Source: Mobula hypostoma (taxonomy: Eukaryota). Taken from it: a stretch of DNA of 64,000 bases. The DNA is taken from positions 90,770,001-90,834,000 of the forward strand of contig NC_086108.1 of assembly GCF_963921235.1 (NCBI RefSeq), written 5' to 3'. The translations under genes were made by a program, and so were the position numbers. The notes beneath the pieces were generated by a model, which had not been told where the DNA came from, made no database searches, and was given only the letters and a program-made list of their open reading frames with translations. Below, one piece after another: positions 13,500-24,979 of the stretch (the first letter of the stretch is position 1; each line of letters opens with the position of its first letter).

Positions 13500-13815
13500 T
13501 ATAAGACATAAAAGAAGTATTAGGTCATTCAGTCAACAAGTCACTCTGCCATTCCATCATAGCTGATTTATTATCCCTCTCAACCTTATTCTCCTGCCTT
13601 CTCCCTGTAAACTTTGGAGTTCTTACTAAACAAGAACCTATCACCCTCTGCTTTAAATATACCCAATAACGTGGCCTCCATGGCCATCTATGACAATGAA
13701 TTCCACAGACTTCTCCGCTACATGAATGTCCTTTCTGTTCTAAAGGGATGCTCATGTATTCTGAGGCTGTGCCTAGTCTTCCCCACGATTGGAACCATAA
13801 CCTCTCCATCCATCT
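13500..13815 (-). mobile_element. CR1 3' fragment
   Basis: Homologous to the 3' ends at 3175-3500 and 52520-52860. Confidence 0.8.
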
Positions 13816-14094
13816 TAATGACAAGCAGTAGCTAAAATGGACATCTTTAGATTGGTATTGTGATCACAGGCAGCACGCCAGGATTAATCTGTGATTGTTG
13901 CTGGCAATAGTCACAAAACATCTAGATGTTGAGTGATTAGATTTCAATAATAGTGACCTTTCTGAAGCTCAGATATATTGTGCATTGCTCAATTAATGTC
14001 ATGGTTTGGCAGATAGCACTTTCACCTTTAAAGAAATGCTAGGTTCTAGCACAGTCCAGAAGCAACTACAAAGGTCTATAATAATACTTTAGAG

Positions 14095-14164
14095 CGGCCT
14101 TCTTCATGCTATAGACCAATACCATTGAGGAAGAGATCCATGGACACCAGGTTGGGAACTGCTG
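14095..14164. mobile_element. Degraded ~70 bp hAT-type miniature element
   Basis: Right end AGGTTGGGAACTGCTG resembles a hAT/Charlie TIR. Flanks ctttagag / cctaagag match at 6 of 8 positions and could be a TSD. The left TIR is eroded. Confidence 0.45.
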
Positions 14165-16177
14165 CCTAAGAGGAATAACAAAGGAGAACTGCAGAGTCAG
14201 AAGTACTTTCCTTTTTCTGGTGTAGGTAGGCTGGATGGTCCCTTATGGAGTAACAATTGTATGATTCTGTGATTCCATCGGCATTATTTTGCCTCAGACA
14301 CAAGGACGTTGTAGAAATGTGATCTGCATGTCGATATCAATGCCCTGAGCTAAGATATGCCTGCAGTAAAAGCACAGTCACTTTCCTCTGATTTCTGTTT
14401 GTGACAAGAGACAGAGAACATAAGTCTTTGTGACTTCCCTTAAATGGATCAACAAAGAGAAAACTTCAGGATCTTACTGATATCTCCAGCTGCACTCCAG
14501 TGGGAGGCAGATATGTACAAGCTCATTGCTGCATTTGGCTTTGTACCAACTGACAAGGGATCTTCAGCCTGTTCAGAGGTTGCAGTAGTTTCTTCTTCAA
14601 GTGAAAAATTTCAATGTAGATAATCCTCATTGAAGCTTTGACATTGCTTCTCATAGTCATAGTCATACTTTATGGATTACGGGGAAAATTCTCACTGAGG
14701 ATGAGGTAAAAGGATTCATTCTTGTGCATGCCAGATTGAAATATTCTCCTCTAGAGAGACATTTTTCCCCTTCCTTCCCTATCCAGTAGCTGGTCTAACC
14801 TTGCATGACCCCTCCTCATTCATCTCCTCACACTGTATGATAAGGTGAGCCTCTACTAACAGATAAACATATCTGCACTCAACTGGGTTGTGCAGGAGTT
14901 TTTAAATCCCGAGATCTCTTCTGTGATGGCCACCTCACTGACTAGAAGTCGCTTGAAAGAACTTTAGCAATTATTTCCAGAATCAAGAGAAACATTCTGA
15001 GAAATTGGCTATCATCCAACTAGCAACATGGATGATCTCTTTAAAGAGTACAGACTAATTTCCTTCCAATTACTAAGTGTGTCATATTCATGGAAGGCTA
15101 AGTATTAGCAGAAGTATTAATCTGTAAAATAACGGTGCCATTGTTGAGTCAAAATTAAGTGGGGATCAATGTCATGATCCACTTGCAGTGTATACTTCAG
15201 GTGGATGTTCACTGTATGCTTGTAGTGCCATCATGAATATCTGTGCACTTCACCCCATTTCAGACAAATAGTGGGTGGCAGCCAATTACATTTTATGCCC
15301 TAGGATTTCTTGGAATATCTGACATTGCAAGGACAACACTTGTCTGCTTTCCATAATCTGTGAAAATTACACGCATGACTACTGCGTAGGGTTGTGGAGG
15401 AAAGGAAATACGAGAGAGCGGATGTAAGAGAGTTTTAACAAAATAAATAAAATCAACTGCACCAAACAATATTAACTTTATTAATGCTGATACTTAATTC
15501 AGCGCATAGCTCCATGAGGCATTGTTAAAATAATTACATGTCAGATTACAATATAAAGCTGCATTCAGAAAAAAAGTCACATGCTAATGAAAAGTAAATG
15601 TATTGTAATTGTTGTTGTGTGTTTTGCAGTTTGCAACATCTGAACAAAATAATGATGGGGGAAAAAAATAAGAATTGTCCTTGGGGATTACAGTCAAAGC
15701 AATTAACCAGGAAATGATTATCAAGAATACTTAGAAATTTGCTTTTTGAGATTTTTATTCATTTATTATGAATTCCATTGCTAACGTCCTTTGTTTCCAG
15801 TACGCCAGAGCTAATGTATTAAAAAGCAACAATGGAATAATTCCAATGAAATGGTTTTGCAAGGCCTTTGTCACGTGTGTTGCAAGTTGGCCAGGTGACA
15901 TTTGAGACCAAGCTAAAAACATAATAAATATGAAATATGGAAGTTCACATGGAGCTTACAAAATTAAGAGCCAGAGGCAAGATCTGACAAATTAAACACT
16001 GGCACTTGTGTTACTTCATTTGTTCCAAACACTGTAAGACTGAAAAAAAAATCATATGGTTGACTGTCGAGAGCCCCCTCGTGAGCTCTCTTGAAACTGT
16101 GCTGAGAGTGTAGGTTTATCATTTTTACACATTTCAAAGATTTAGTTATATTGATATCCAAAGAAAAATAAGTTCTA

Positions 16178-16733
16178 TACTCAGTGGAGGTACCTAATAA
16201 AGTGGCCTCTGAGTGTATATTTGTGCTTTTCTGTTGTTGTAGCCCATCCACTTTAATGTTTGACATGTCATGCATTCAGAGATGCTCTTCTGCACACCAC
16301 CGTTGTAATGTGTGGCTGTTTGAGTTACTTTCACCTTCCTGTCAGCTTGAAACAGCCTGGCTATTTTCCTCTGACCTCCCTCATTAACAAAGTTTATTTG
16401 CCCACAGAACTGCCCTGACTGGATTTTTTGTTTTGTTTTGTTTTTCTCACCATTCTCTGTAAACTCTAGAGACTGATGTGCATCCCAGGAGATCAGCAAT
16501 TTTTGAGACACTCAAACCACCCCATCTGGCACCAACAATTATTCCCCAGTCAAAGTCACTTAAATCACATTTCTTTCCCATTCTGATGTTTGGTCTGAAC
16601 AGCAACTGAACCTCTTTGACTATGTTGCATGTCTTTATGCATTGAGTTGCTGCCATATGATTGGCTAATTAGATATTCGCCTTAACAGGCAAATATGCAG
16701 GTACTGTATACCTAATTAAGTATCTACTGGGTG
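16178..16733 (-). mobile_element. Tc1/mariner-derived non-autonomous element with both ends
   Basis: TA|tactcagtgg ... ctactgggtg|TA ends. Minus-strand MGKKCDLSDFDWGIIVGARWGGLSVSKIADLLG transposase remnant. Confidence 0.85.
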
Positions 16734-17657
16734 TATATTGATTCCTGAGCCATACTTGGAATTAGATGTTATTCTGTAATAATGGCCAATGTCCTATTGT
16801 TCTATATTTGCCTGTGCTAGGCACAAATCATCAAACTTTAATTCATTGTGCACCTTTCTTTTTCCTTTTCTGCTGTTGGTCCCCTGCTGATCTCAGGCTC
16901 TCCTTCCTTGTGATGACGTTATTGCAGCTGCATGTCCACCTTTTTGTTCGGAGCTGACACCACTTCTCACATCTATCTGTAATTATAGTGTCACAGATTT
17001 TGGGGTTGCCAGTGATGATGAAACTGTCAGCATCAGCAGTCATTAAAGAGTGAAACTGATAGCAGCTTCTGGACTACGCATACGGACAGTGAAACACGGA
17101 AAAATAAATAGAAGTTACTGCCTGTGAGTTGCCGCTCCTCCACAAGACTTGCTGCTTGAACCCTTCGCTGGTTTAATCTTAAGGAGTCAGTGAGATTAAT
17201 CATTCTTACTATTAAGAGAGAGGAAAAAATCTCTGGAATATTAAGCGCTTTTGCAACATATGTGACAGCGTAACGCTGCACCAGCCTTAATTATTGATCC
17301 GCCGCCTCTCAATCCCTGAAATAATTTCTGTTTGTCTGAGTTGTCATTCATTCAGACAATTATTTCAAAGAAGGTTACTGTTTTTTAAATGTGTCACCGT
17401 GAAATTTTACTCTTTATTTTGTGCTCTGCAGCATGCTGTTAAAAACTCTGCTGTTTGCTTCCTAGTTTGCTTCCTGTGAGTATGCTGAAAGTGAGTCGTT
17501 GTTCAGCTACTTCGACTGGATGGCTGTCAACGGGTGACCAAAGCTGAATGAGGATTGACAGATACTATTAACAGGCGTGTTGCATTCCGAGCTACAGTGA
17601 TGACTAGTTCTTTATGCAAAGTATTCTTTGGGGTCAGAGGGAATCAGAGTCTGAATC

Positions 17658-17756
17658 AGTCTTGCTGAAGGGTCTCGGCCTGAAACGTCGACTATGGTCT
17701 TTTCTGTAGATGCTGCCTGGCCTGCTGAGTTCCTCCAGCATTTTGTGTGTGTTGAT
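17658..17756 (+). mobile_element. Penelope-like element terminal-repeat remnant with minimal hammerhead-ribozyme architecture
   Basis: AGTC-TTGCTGA-AGG(gtctcgg)CCT-GAAA-CG-TC-GACT, followed by a conserved segment ending GAGTTCCTCCAGCATTTTGTGTGTG. Many homologous copies are present in the window. Confidence 0.65.
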
Positions 17757-18140
17757 CAGATTTAATATCACTGGCATATATGTTGTGAAATTTGTTAACT
17801 ATACAGCAGCAGTACAATGCAATACGTGATAAATAGAGAGAAAAAAACTGAGTTACATTAAGTATGTATATGTCTATTAAATATTAAGTTAAAATAAGCA
17901 GTGCAAAAATAATAGAAATAAAAAAGTAGTGAGGTGGTGTTCATGGGTTCAATGTCCATTTAGATATCAGATGGCAGAGGGGAAAAAGCTGTTCCTGAAT
18001 TGCTAAGTGTGTGGCTTCAGGCTTCTGCATCTCCTTCCCAAAGGTAACAGTGTGAAGAGGGCACGTCCTGGGTGGTGGGGGTCCTTAGTAATGGATGCCA
18101 CCTTCCTAAGGCACCACTCCTTGAAGATGTCTTGGATACT
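17757..18140 (-). mobile_element. Rex1/Babar- or L2-type LINE 3' fragment
   Basis: KVASITKDPHHPGRALFTLLPLGRRCRSLK on the minus strand. Its ATTCTG tail continues at 17635-17657. Confidence 0.8.
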
Positions 18141-18740
18141 AGGAAAGGAATGCCAACTCTTCATCTCTGACTTCAATATCCAGGCCTTTATCTGTACCAA
18201 CTCTAATGCAACCCCTGAGGTAGTTCATGTTATTTCATATTCACCACAAATGACTAAGTAATCACGTCAGTAAGGTGTATGAAGATACTGAAAGATAATG
18301 TACATTCCCAGAGTTCTGCAACTAATGATGTACTTTTGAGTTGTCAGTCTTCTTTATGTCAGAATTGCAGAAGGTAACTTAGTCATAGAGCAAAAATGAG
18401 CAAATATTCCATGTGATGCAGGTTGGGAGATAAATAGCGGCCACTTCTTTGAGTTTCATGCCTGAAAGTTGGTCATCGATAGCAATACACTTATTTCTCA
18501 GTCCTGTTCTGAGTTACGGAGCTAGATCATGTGCTTCCATGTTTATAGTCGGATGTGAACTCATTAATTAAGCAAGCTAATAAACAGAGCAGCATTTTGG
18601 ACTAAACATTAGTTAAAGTATCTTTTATGGTAGGATTTCCTTATTTCTGTTGTACAAAAATATTAATCTTGTGAGATGTGCAATGGAGGTTATGGTTTCT
18701 TGAAATAACTTATGTATGGTCGATAATTTGAGCAAACGAT

Positions 18741-18882
18741 TAAACTCTTCTCAAGCTTCCAGCCAGGTACAGGTATCGATTATAAGCAATGTTTCGATAA
18801 CAGTCTCTGCCCTCAGAGTTTATCATTGAAACATCGGTTATAGACGATACCTGTGCCTGGCTGGAAGCCTGAGAAGAGTTTA
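18741..18882. repeat. Long inverted repeat (two ~69 bp arms, 4 nt loop), probably Penelope-derived
   Basis: Left arm taaactcttctcaagcttccagccaggtacaggtatcg and the reverse complement of the right arm, taaactcttctcaggcttccagccaggcacaggtatcg, match at 36 of 38 positions in the outer part. Confidence 0.9.
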
Positions 18883-19744
18883 TTCCTCATATATACTGGG
18901 AAAACACAAGATTCTTTTTCAATTTGTACAAAGTTTGTAATGTGTTACATTATGAACTAATGCAATACCAACAATCTGACCAACTGTGGACCTTTTGATT
19001 ATCTTAGAAAAATCCATTCAAGCGATGTTAAAGAAATCGACGCCACTGGATGAAATGTTTCAGGCTCTATGTGCTGAATATGTTGATCATGTATTTATCT
19101 GACTAAATAATTTCCAGGATCATTTGTTTTTCACATTATTTCTATACAACGTATTTTGCACAAAAATAAACTGGTTATATTAACTGGTGTTAACTAGTAA
19201 TCTTCCTCCTAAATTTAAAGCAGGAAATCAGACACCCATCCCACCTCCTGTTCATACTCTATTCATTTACAGAGGATGGTTGGAGATTGATCAGTTAGCT
19301 TATACCACAGACTAGGCTGGATGCTTAAATGTTCTAATGAGGCTCTGCATCTTTGGTCAGGAGGAACAATTGCAGAAGATAAATACCCTTCCAGCACTGG
19401 TTGAGGACTGTTTTTAAGAGCTAAAGTGTTTCCTTCAGCATATCTGCTTCCATCCCCATGATGCTACTCATTGACCCCACTAGATAACAGCATACCAACA
19501 GACCTTCCACCACTCTGTCTGATCTGACTGGCCCTCTGACTTCATCCCAGCTCACAATGTCATCCACCTCCAGACCAAACCGCAGCCAGTCACAACACTA
19601 GTATCATTTTCTGCATCTCCACACCACCCCCCAGCACCACCGGTCAGTTCAGTCAGTTCATTCCCGAACTCCAACGTCCTCTGCAGCTGGATTTGCTTGC
19701 CTACCACTTTTACATGTCTCTGCATTTACTGTTAGTGAACTCCT

Positions 19745-20420
19745 ATTCAAAGTTCAAAGTAAACTTATTATCAGAGTACATACATTTTCATGCAGGCATT
19801 TGCAGTAGCTACAAAGAAACAATAGCATCAATGAAAAACCACACTCAACATCTAGGGATAAACAGCCAGTTGCAAAAGACAACAAGCTGTGCAAATACAA
19901 AAAAAAGTAAAAGAAAAGAAAGCTAATAATGATAAATAAGTGAGCAATAAATATTGAGAACATGAATTGTAGAGGCCTTGAAAGTGAGTCCATGTTCAGT
20001 GTTAGGGTTAGTCAAGCTGAGTGAAGTTAAACCCTCTGGTTCAAGAGCCTGATGGATGAGGGAAAAAAATTGTTCTGGAACCTGGTGCTGTGGGTCTTGA
20101 GGCTCCTGTAGTTTCTTCTGGGTGGCAGCAGTGAGAAGAAAGATTGGCCTGGATGGTGGAAGTCCTTGATAATAACCATATAACTATATAACAATTACAA
20201 CACAGAAACAGGCCATCTTGGCCCTTCTAGTCCGTGCCGAACGCTACTCTCACCTAGTCCCACCGACCTGCACTCAGCCCATAACCCTCCATTCCTTTCT
20301 TGTCCATATAGCTATCAAATGGATGCTGCATTCCTACAACAACCCTCCTTGTAGATGTATGCAGTAGTGGGGAGGACTATACCCTTGATGGACTGAGCAG
20401 TATACTTTTTGTAGGCTGTT
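19745..20420 (-). mobile_element. Rex1/L2-type 3' fragment containing a CR1 3' end insertion (~20175-20315)
   Basis: Tail ttcaaagttcaaag. The insert is the reverse complement of the 3' end of the CR1 family at 43930-44075. Confidence 0.75.
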
Positions 20421-20543
20421 TTGTCACTGGAATAGTGATTTATTTCAGGTTGTTCTTTAATCCGAAGGGACTGGATGTAAGAGGTACTTGTCAGAGCTAT
20501 ACATTACTATGCACATACATTATTTTAGGGTTGTAGTATTGAG

Positions 20544-21180
20544 TGAAACACCCTGGTTTCCTTGGCTACGTAGGTCTAGGGAAGACAACCTCTGGCCCCG
20601 CGCTCAATCTCACCCTAAACCCCGGTTTGTGTGGATGCTGTATCATTTGCTACCCTGTTACAAATTAATGCTACGAAATAACAGTCGGTACACTGCATAT
20701 GATTAAAGGAATTATATTTATGAATCTTAACTAAAGGGTTAGTAAAGAATAACAAAAGGAAAAGGGGCCATTCTAGTTAAACAATCCAATGTGCACAAGT
20801 TGTCGCTCACCTTGAACTTCTCTGTCACTCATGCTCTGGGCCCTCGGTCAATGTGAAAGCACACACCACCTTCCGAACGTCACTCGCAATCCATCTTGAA
20901 CAAATGGGTCTCCCACCGGATCCTATGCTACGACTGGTTCTCCACAGCATCTTCTCTCTTCATCTCCTCTCGAACAAAAACTCCAAGCCCAACCTTAGTG
21001 TCCCTCACCAGAGAAACCTCCCCTTAATCTGACGATCCTTATTGGATGGCACACATTTCTCCTCTCTCTTTATCTTCAACAGTAACCAAACAAGCAGGAA
21101 AACAGAACAGACTGTTCTTACAGAACTGCCAAAGTGAAATACATACAACATGACAGTAAAGATATGAACCAGGCATTACA
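20544..21180 (-). mobile_element. Solo LTR (~637 bp)
   Basis: TG...CA ends (tgaaacaccc...gcattaca). Flanks tgag / taag form a possible 4-bp TSD with one mismatch. No coding capacity. Confidence 0.65.
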
Positions 21181-21244
21181 TAAGCAAATAGTAGCCTTGT
21201 AAAGAATAAGAAAATGTATGTTCATGCATTAAAAACCTCTAAGA

Positions 21245-21640
21245 GGACCACAACCTTGTCATAGTTTGGAGACTTGCGTTCCTCAATGACACAGAGAGTA
21301 CATCTGTACTGACTGAAGCAGAAGGGTCACCCATGCCAAAGTGATCAAAGAGTAGAGGATATACTATGACTGGTCCACAGGTCTTCCGGGCTCAGCGGTT
21401 CAGCTCAGGGCTATCAATCCTGACAGCTCAAACAAAGCTGTTACAGAAGCAGCAACGAAGAATCCTTCTCCATCTGTGGGTGAAGGTATTCCTGAGTCTT
21501 CACTCAGGACTTGCATGACTGACAGTGGTGAAAACCGAGGAAGCTACTGACATGATGAGGGAAGCCGTGAACACCACCAGAGATGGAGGACCTTCATTGC
21601 TGCCCTAAATGCCACTGGCATAACGGGCAGTCAGTAAGTA
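21245..21640 (+). mobile_element. RTE-type non-autonomous (5' + 3' end) retroposon, degraded
   Basis: The 3' end ttcattgctgccctaaatgcc...ggcataacgggcagtcagtaagta has a TAAG-type tail, as I recall for RTE LINEs. Confidence 0.5.
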
Positions 21641-22527
21641 TGCATTAAAACAAATAACATTGAGTTTTATTTTGGGAAATGCTTGACACTGGAAAATGAG
21701 CTTGTCGTAGATGCCAGAAAGATGAAAACATGTTATGCACATTTCAGCTCCCCTCACTATGCTATGCACCCATTTGACATAACACAATAGGGGGAAGTCA
21801 TTTGTCCATCTAAGGTTTTGCCCATTCTTTGCTGGAGCAATCTAAACATTTCTCATCATGCAGTTTTCTTTATCTTTCTCTTACTTGGTATTTTTTTAAC
21901 CATATTCTCCTTAAATGATTCAATGCTTTCTATCTCTTACAATGAAGCACTTCATGCTTTAAAAGCCCTTTTAAGAAAATTCTTCTGAACTGTATTGTAT
22001 GCCTCTTAATGACAGCTTGTAATAGATGAGCACCAAAGGAAATAGTCTTTCCCTTTCAGTCCATCGGAAACCTTCATCATTTGAAAAATCACCATTAAGT
22101 CTCCACTTAGCCTCCTCTGTTCCCGTGGAAACATACACTATCTGAAATGTCTCCTAGAACCATTTTCGGATATTTTAATGAATCTATACTGTAAGGTCTC
22201 TCGAGACCTCATGTTCTTACTGTAATGGAGAACTTAAAAACAAACACAGCACAGCAGTTGTTATCTAGCCAAAGGCTTCTGTACTTTTACTGTAACCTTT
22301 TTACAATAGATTTATGCATTTATTTATTGAATTATTTGATTATACTTGAGCATTTGGAAAATTAGGTTTCTTAACCTGTATGATACCAGTATGGTAAATA
22401 TTTGGAATATATTTTATTATTTGTTAATTTATTTGTGGTAATATTTATATGTTGTGTGTGAGCTATATGCATTATATTGTGTACCTTGGTCTGGTACGTT
22501 GTTTTGTTTGATGGTACACATGCATAT

Positions 22528-22793
22528 GGCATGGTAGCATAGTGGTTAGCACAATAGTACAGTTACAGTACGTATAAAAGGAATTCATACGTTATCCCTG
22601 TGACCAGGTGATTTTCCTCCGGGTGCTCTGATTTCCTCTCAGAGTCCAAAGATGTACCGGTTGGTGGGTTAATTGGTCATTGTAAATAGTCCTGTGATGA
22701 GGCTGAGATTAAATGGGGGTATGGCTGGACAGCGTGGCAGTGTGAACAGGAAGGGCCTGTTCCATGCTGTATCTTAATCAATGGATCAATCAA
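22528..22793 (+). mobile_element. tRNA-derived V-SINE (HE1-like) inserted in a LINE 3' UTR (~22410-22825)
   Basis: Box A tagcatagtgg; central TTTCCTCCGGGTGCTCTGATTTCCTC...CAGAGTCCAAAGATGT. The flanks align with the uninterrupted LINE tail at 61230-61380. Confidence 0.8.
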
Positions 22794-24484
22794 TACAGCT
22801 GAATGACAAACTTGAACTTGATCTTAATTTATTCATATTTAATGCTGTTTAATTGTTTATATGGGAACAAAATCCCATTAGTCCTTGCTATTACTTCTAA
22901 AAATGCCAGTCATTCTCTGCAAATACAGAATTCAAAATAAAGTTGTCAATTAATATTTTAATGATTTATATTCGGTCAACATCCATTAATATGACAAAAC
23001 CATAAATGTTCGTAAAATATTCAGGTTGGGGTGCCATTTTAAGATTTTTAAACAATTTAAAGGGTTATCTTGACTATGTGTCTGATATTAAGGGGCTTCA
23101 ATTAAATTACAGCAAATTGATTGATTGACACTATGATTCATAATGTTTTATAATTCCACACTTTTAATATCCTGAATCCATTTAGAGAATGTGCTCTTTA
23201 AAAAGAGAACTGTGTCATGATAGCAACAGACACAATAAAGGAATGAGACAGTGGTAGTTAAATTTGGCAGCTGTTTATGTTCTTATCAATTACTCCATTT
23301 CGACTGCAGGTCTGGATTGCCCTATAAAGATGCATTGTTTCATCATCTATTGTTGTAAAATTGAAACAAGAGACATAGAAATTGTGGACTAATATGATTT
23401 TTACTTGGCATCCTAATGAAAAAGTTTGATTCCACATAATGCAGTTATGAATTTATTGATTAACAATGTTTTTTTTCTAACCACATGCAATTGTAATTTT
23501 AAATTAAGAACAGAATCCATTGTCAGTTATTTATGAGGTACCTTGGGTTAAACGACGCAAAGTTAAATCAAAGATAAAAAGCAAAGCAACACAGGTGCTG
23601 GAAATGTGCAATATAAACAAAAAATCCTGAAAATACTCAGCAGGAGTTTAGCAAAATATCATTGACTTTAAACATTAAAACCATCTCTTTCTCACTCTCT
23701 ATAGATTCTGCTTGATCCATTGAGCAACTCCAGCAATTTTTTGATTCGGTTTAGATTTGCAGTTGATTTAAAACTAAGCCTAGTACTAAACTACACTTTA
23801 GCCTTGAATTCTTCCATTTTCCTCATTCAGTTGCTGTCATCTTATTACATTTGCCATTTTCTTGTCAAACATGCTTTTACTTTCTCATATTTTATTGTGA
23901 TGATGCTTTGGACACACAATCTGCTTTTTATTCTCCCAGGCCCTATTGTTGGAAATAGTGCAGTGAACTATATCTTATGTAAACTAACTATTGTAGTGTT
24001 AATCATCTGTAACTATTGCCAGTGAATTTCTGCAGTTCATACATATTGGTATTGATCCTTGACTAGAAAGCTAAGATCAAAGTCCCGCGCTAACAATCCC
24101 CACAAATGTATTTGGATAATGGAACTAGAATTACCCTTATGTACTGTTGTACTCCACTAGCTCCTTGATGTATTTTTAGTAAAATATCATTTATTTAGAC
24201 AATAATATCATTTCACAAAACTCCAAAGACATTAGAAATCTGAAATAAAAAAAATGCTGGAAACAGTCCACCAGACACTTTCTATGTAATATGTGGTTAA
24301 TGTTCTAAGTCGATGATGCTTTGTCTAATCCAGATGTTTAAGTTCTGATAGATCTGAAGTTTTAACTTTACATTCCTCTCGGCACAATAAAATCTGACTG
24401 GCTGAGTACCAATATCTCCTATTTTTTCTCGCATTGATTTAACTTAAATAAAAATGTGCATAAATATTATACAAACGTATAGAC

Positions 24485-24675
24485 CAGGGGTCGGCAACCC
24501 TTTTGCCTCTGTGGGCCCGATCGCATACTAATGAGCGGAATATGGGCCAGATAAATGCCATAAAAAACTTGAAATTTGGGAATTATCCATTTAAATACAT
24601 CTAGTTATGTTTTGCCTCAAATTAATGAATAATGCATGCTAGAAAATCATTTGTGCTTAAGGTTGCCTACCCCTG
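24485..24675. mobile_element. hAT (Charlie-type) MITE, 191 bp
   Basis: TIRs CAGGGGTCGGCAACC / GGTTGCCTACCCCTG (14 of 15 match). Perfect 8-bp TSD GTATAGAC at 24477-24484 and 24676-24683. Confidence 0.93.
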
Positions 24676-24979
24676 GTATAGACAATGTTAGAACAGCGAG
24701 AACCAAAACAGAAAAAGTTTCACCTACCCGCTACCTTAGCAAGTCTCTTGATGCCTCCACATATCTAGTTACATGGTCATTTCCTTGTTGACTTACCTAT
24801 AGTCCACAAGTCTACAATTAAACCCTGAATGACATTAAATGACCAGAGGCATAAGAGTTCAAAATAATTTATTGTCAAAGTACATATATGTTACCATATA
24901 CTATCATTAGATTTGATGAGAAAATAATGATTTGTTTTAAAAGTGGTTTGCTTGAGAAAATAGCAATGTAAAAGAATAA

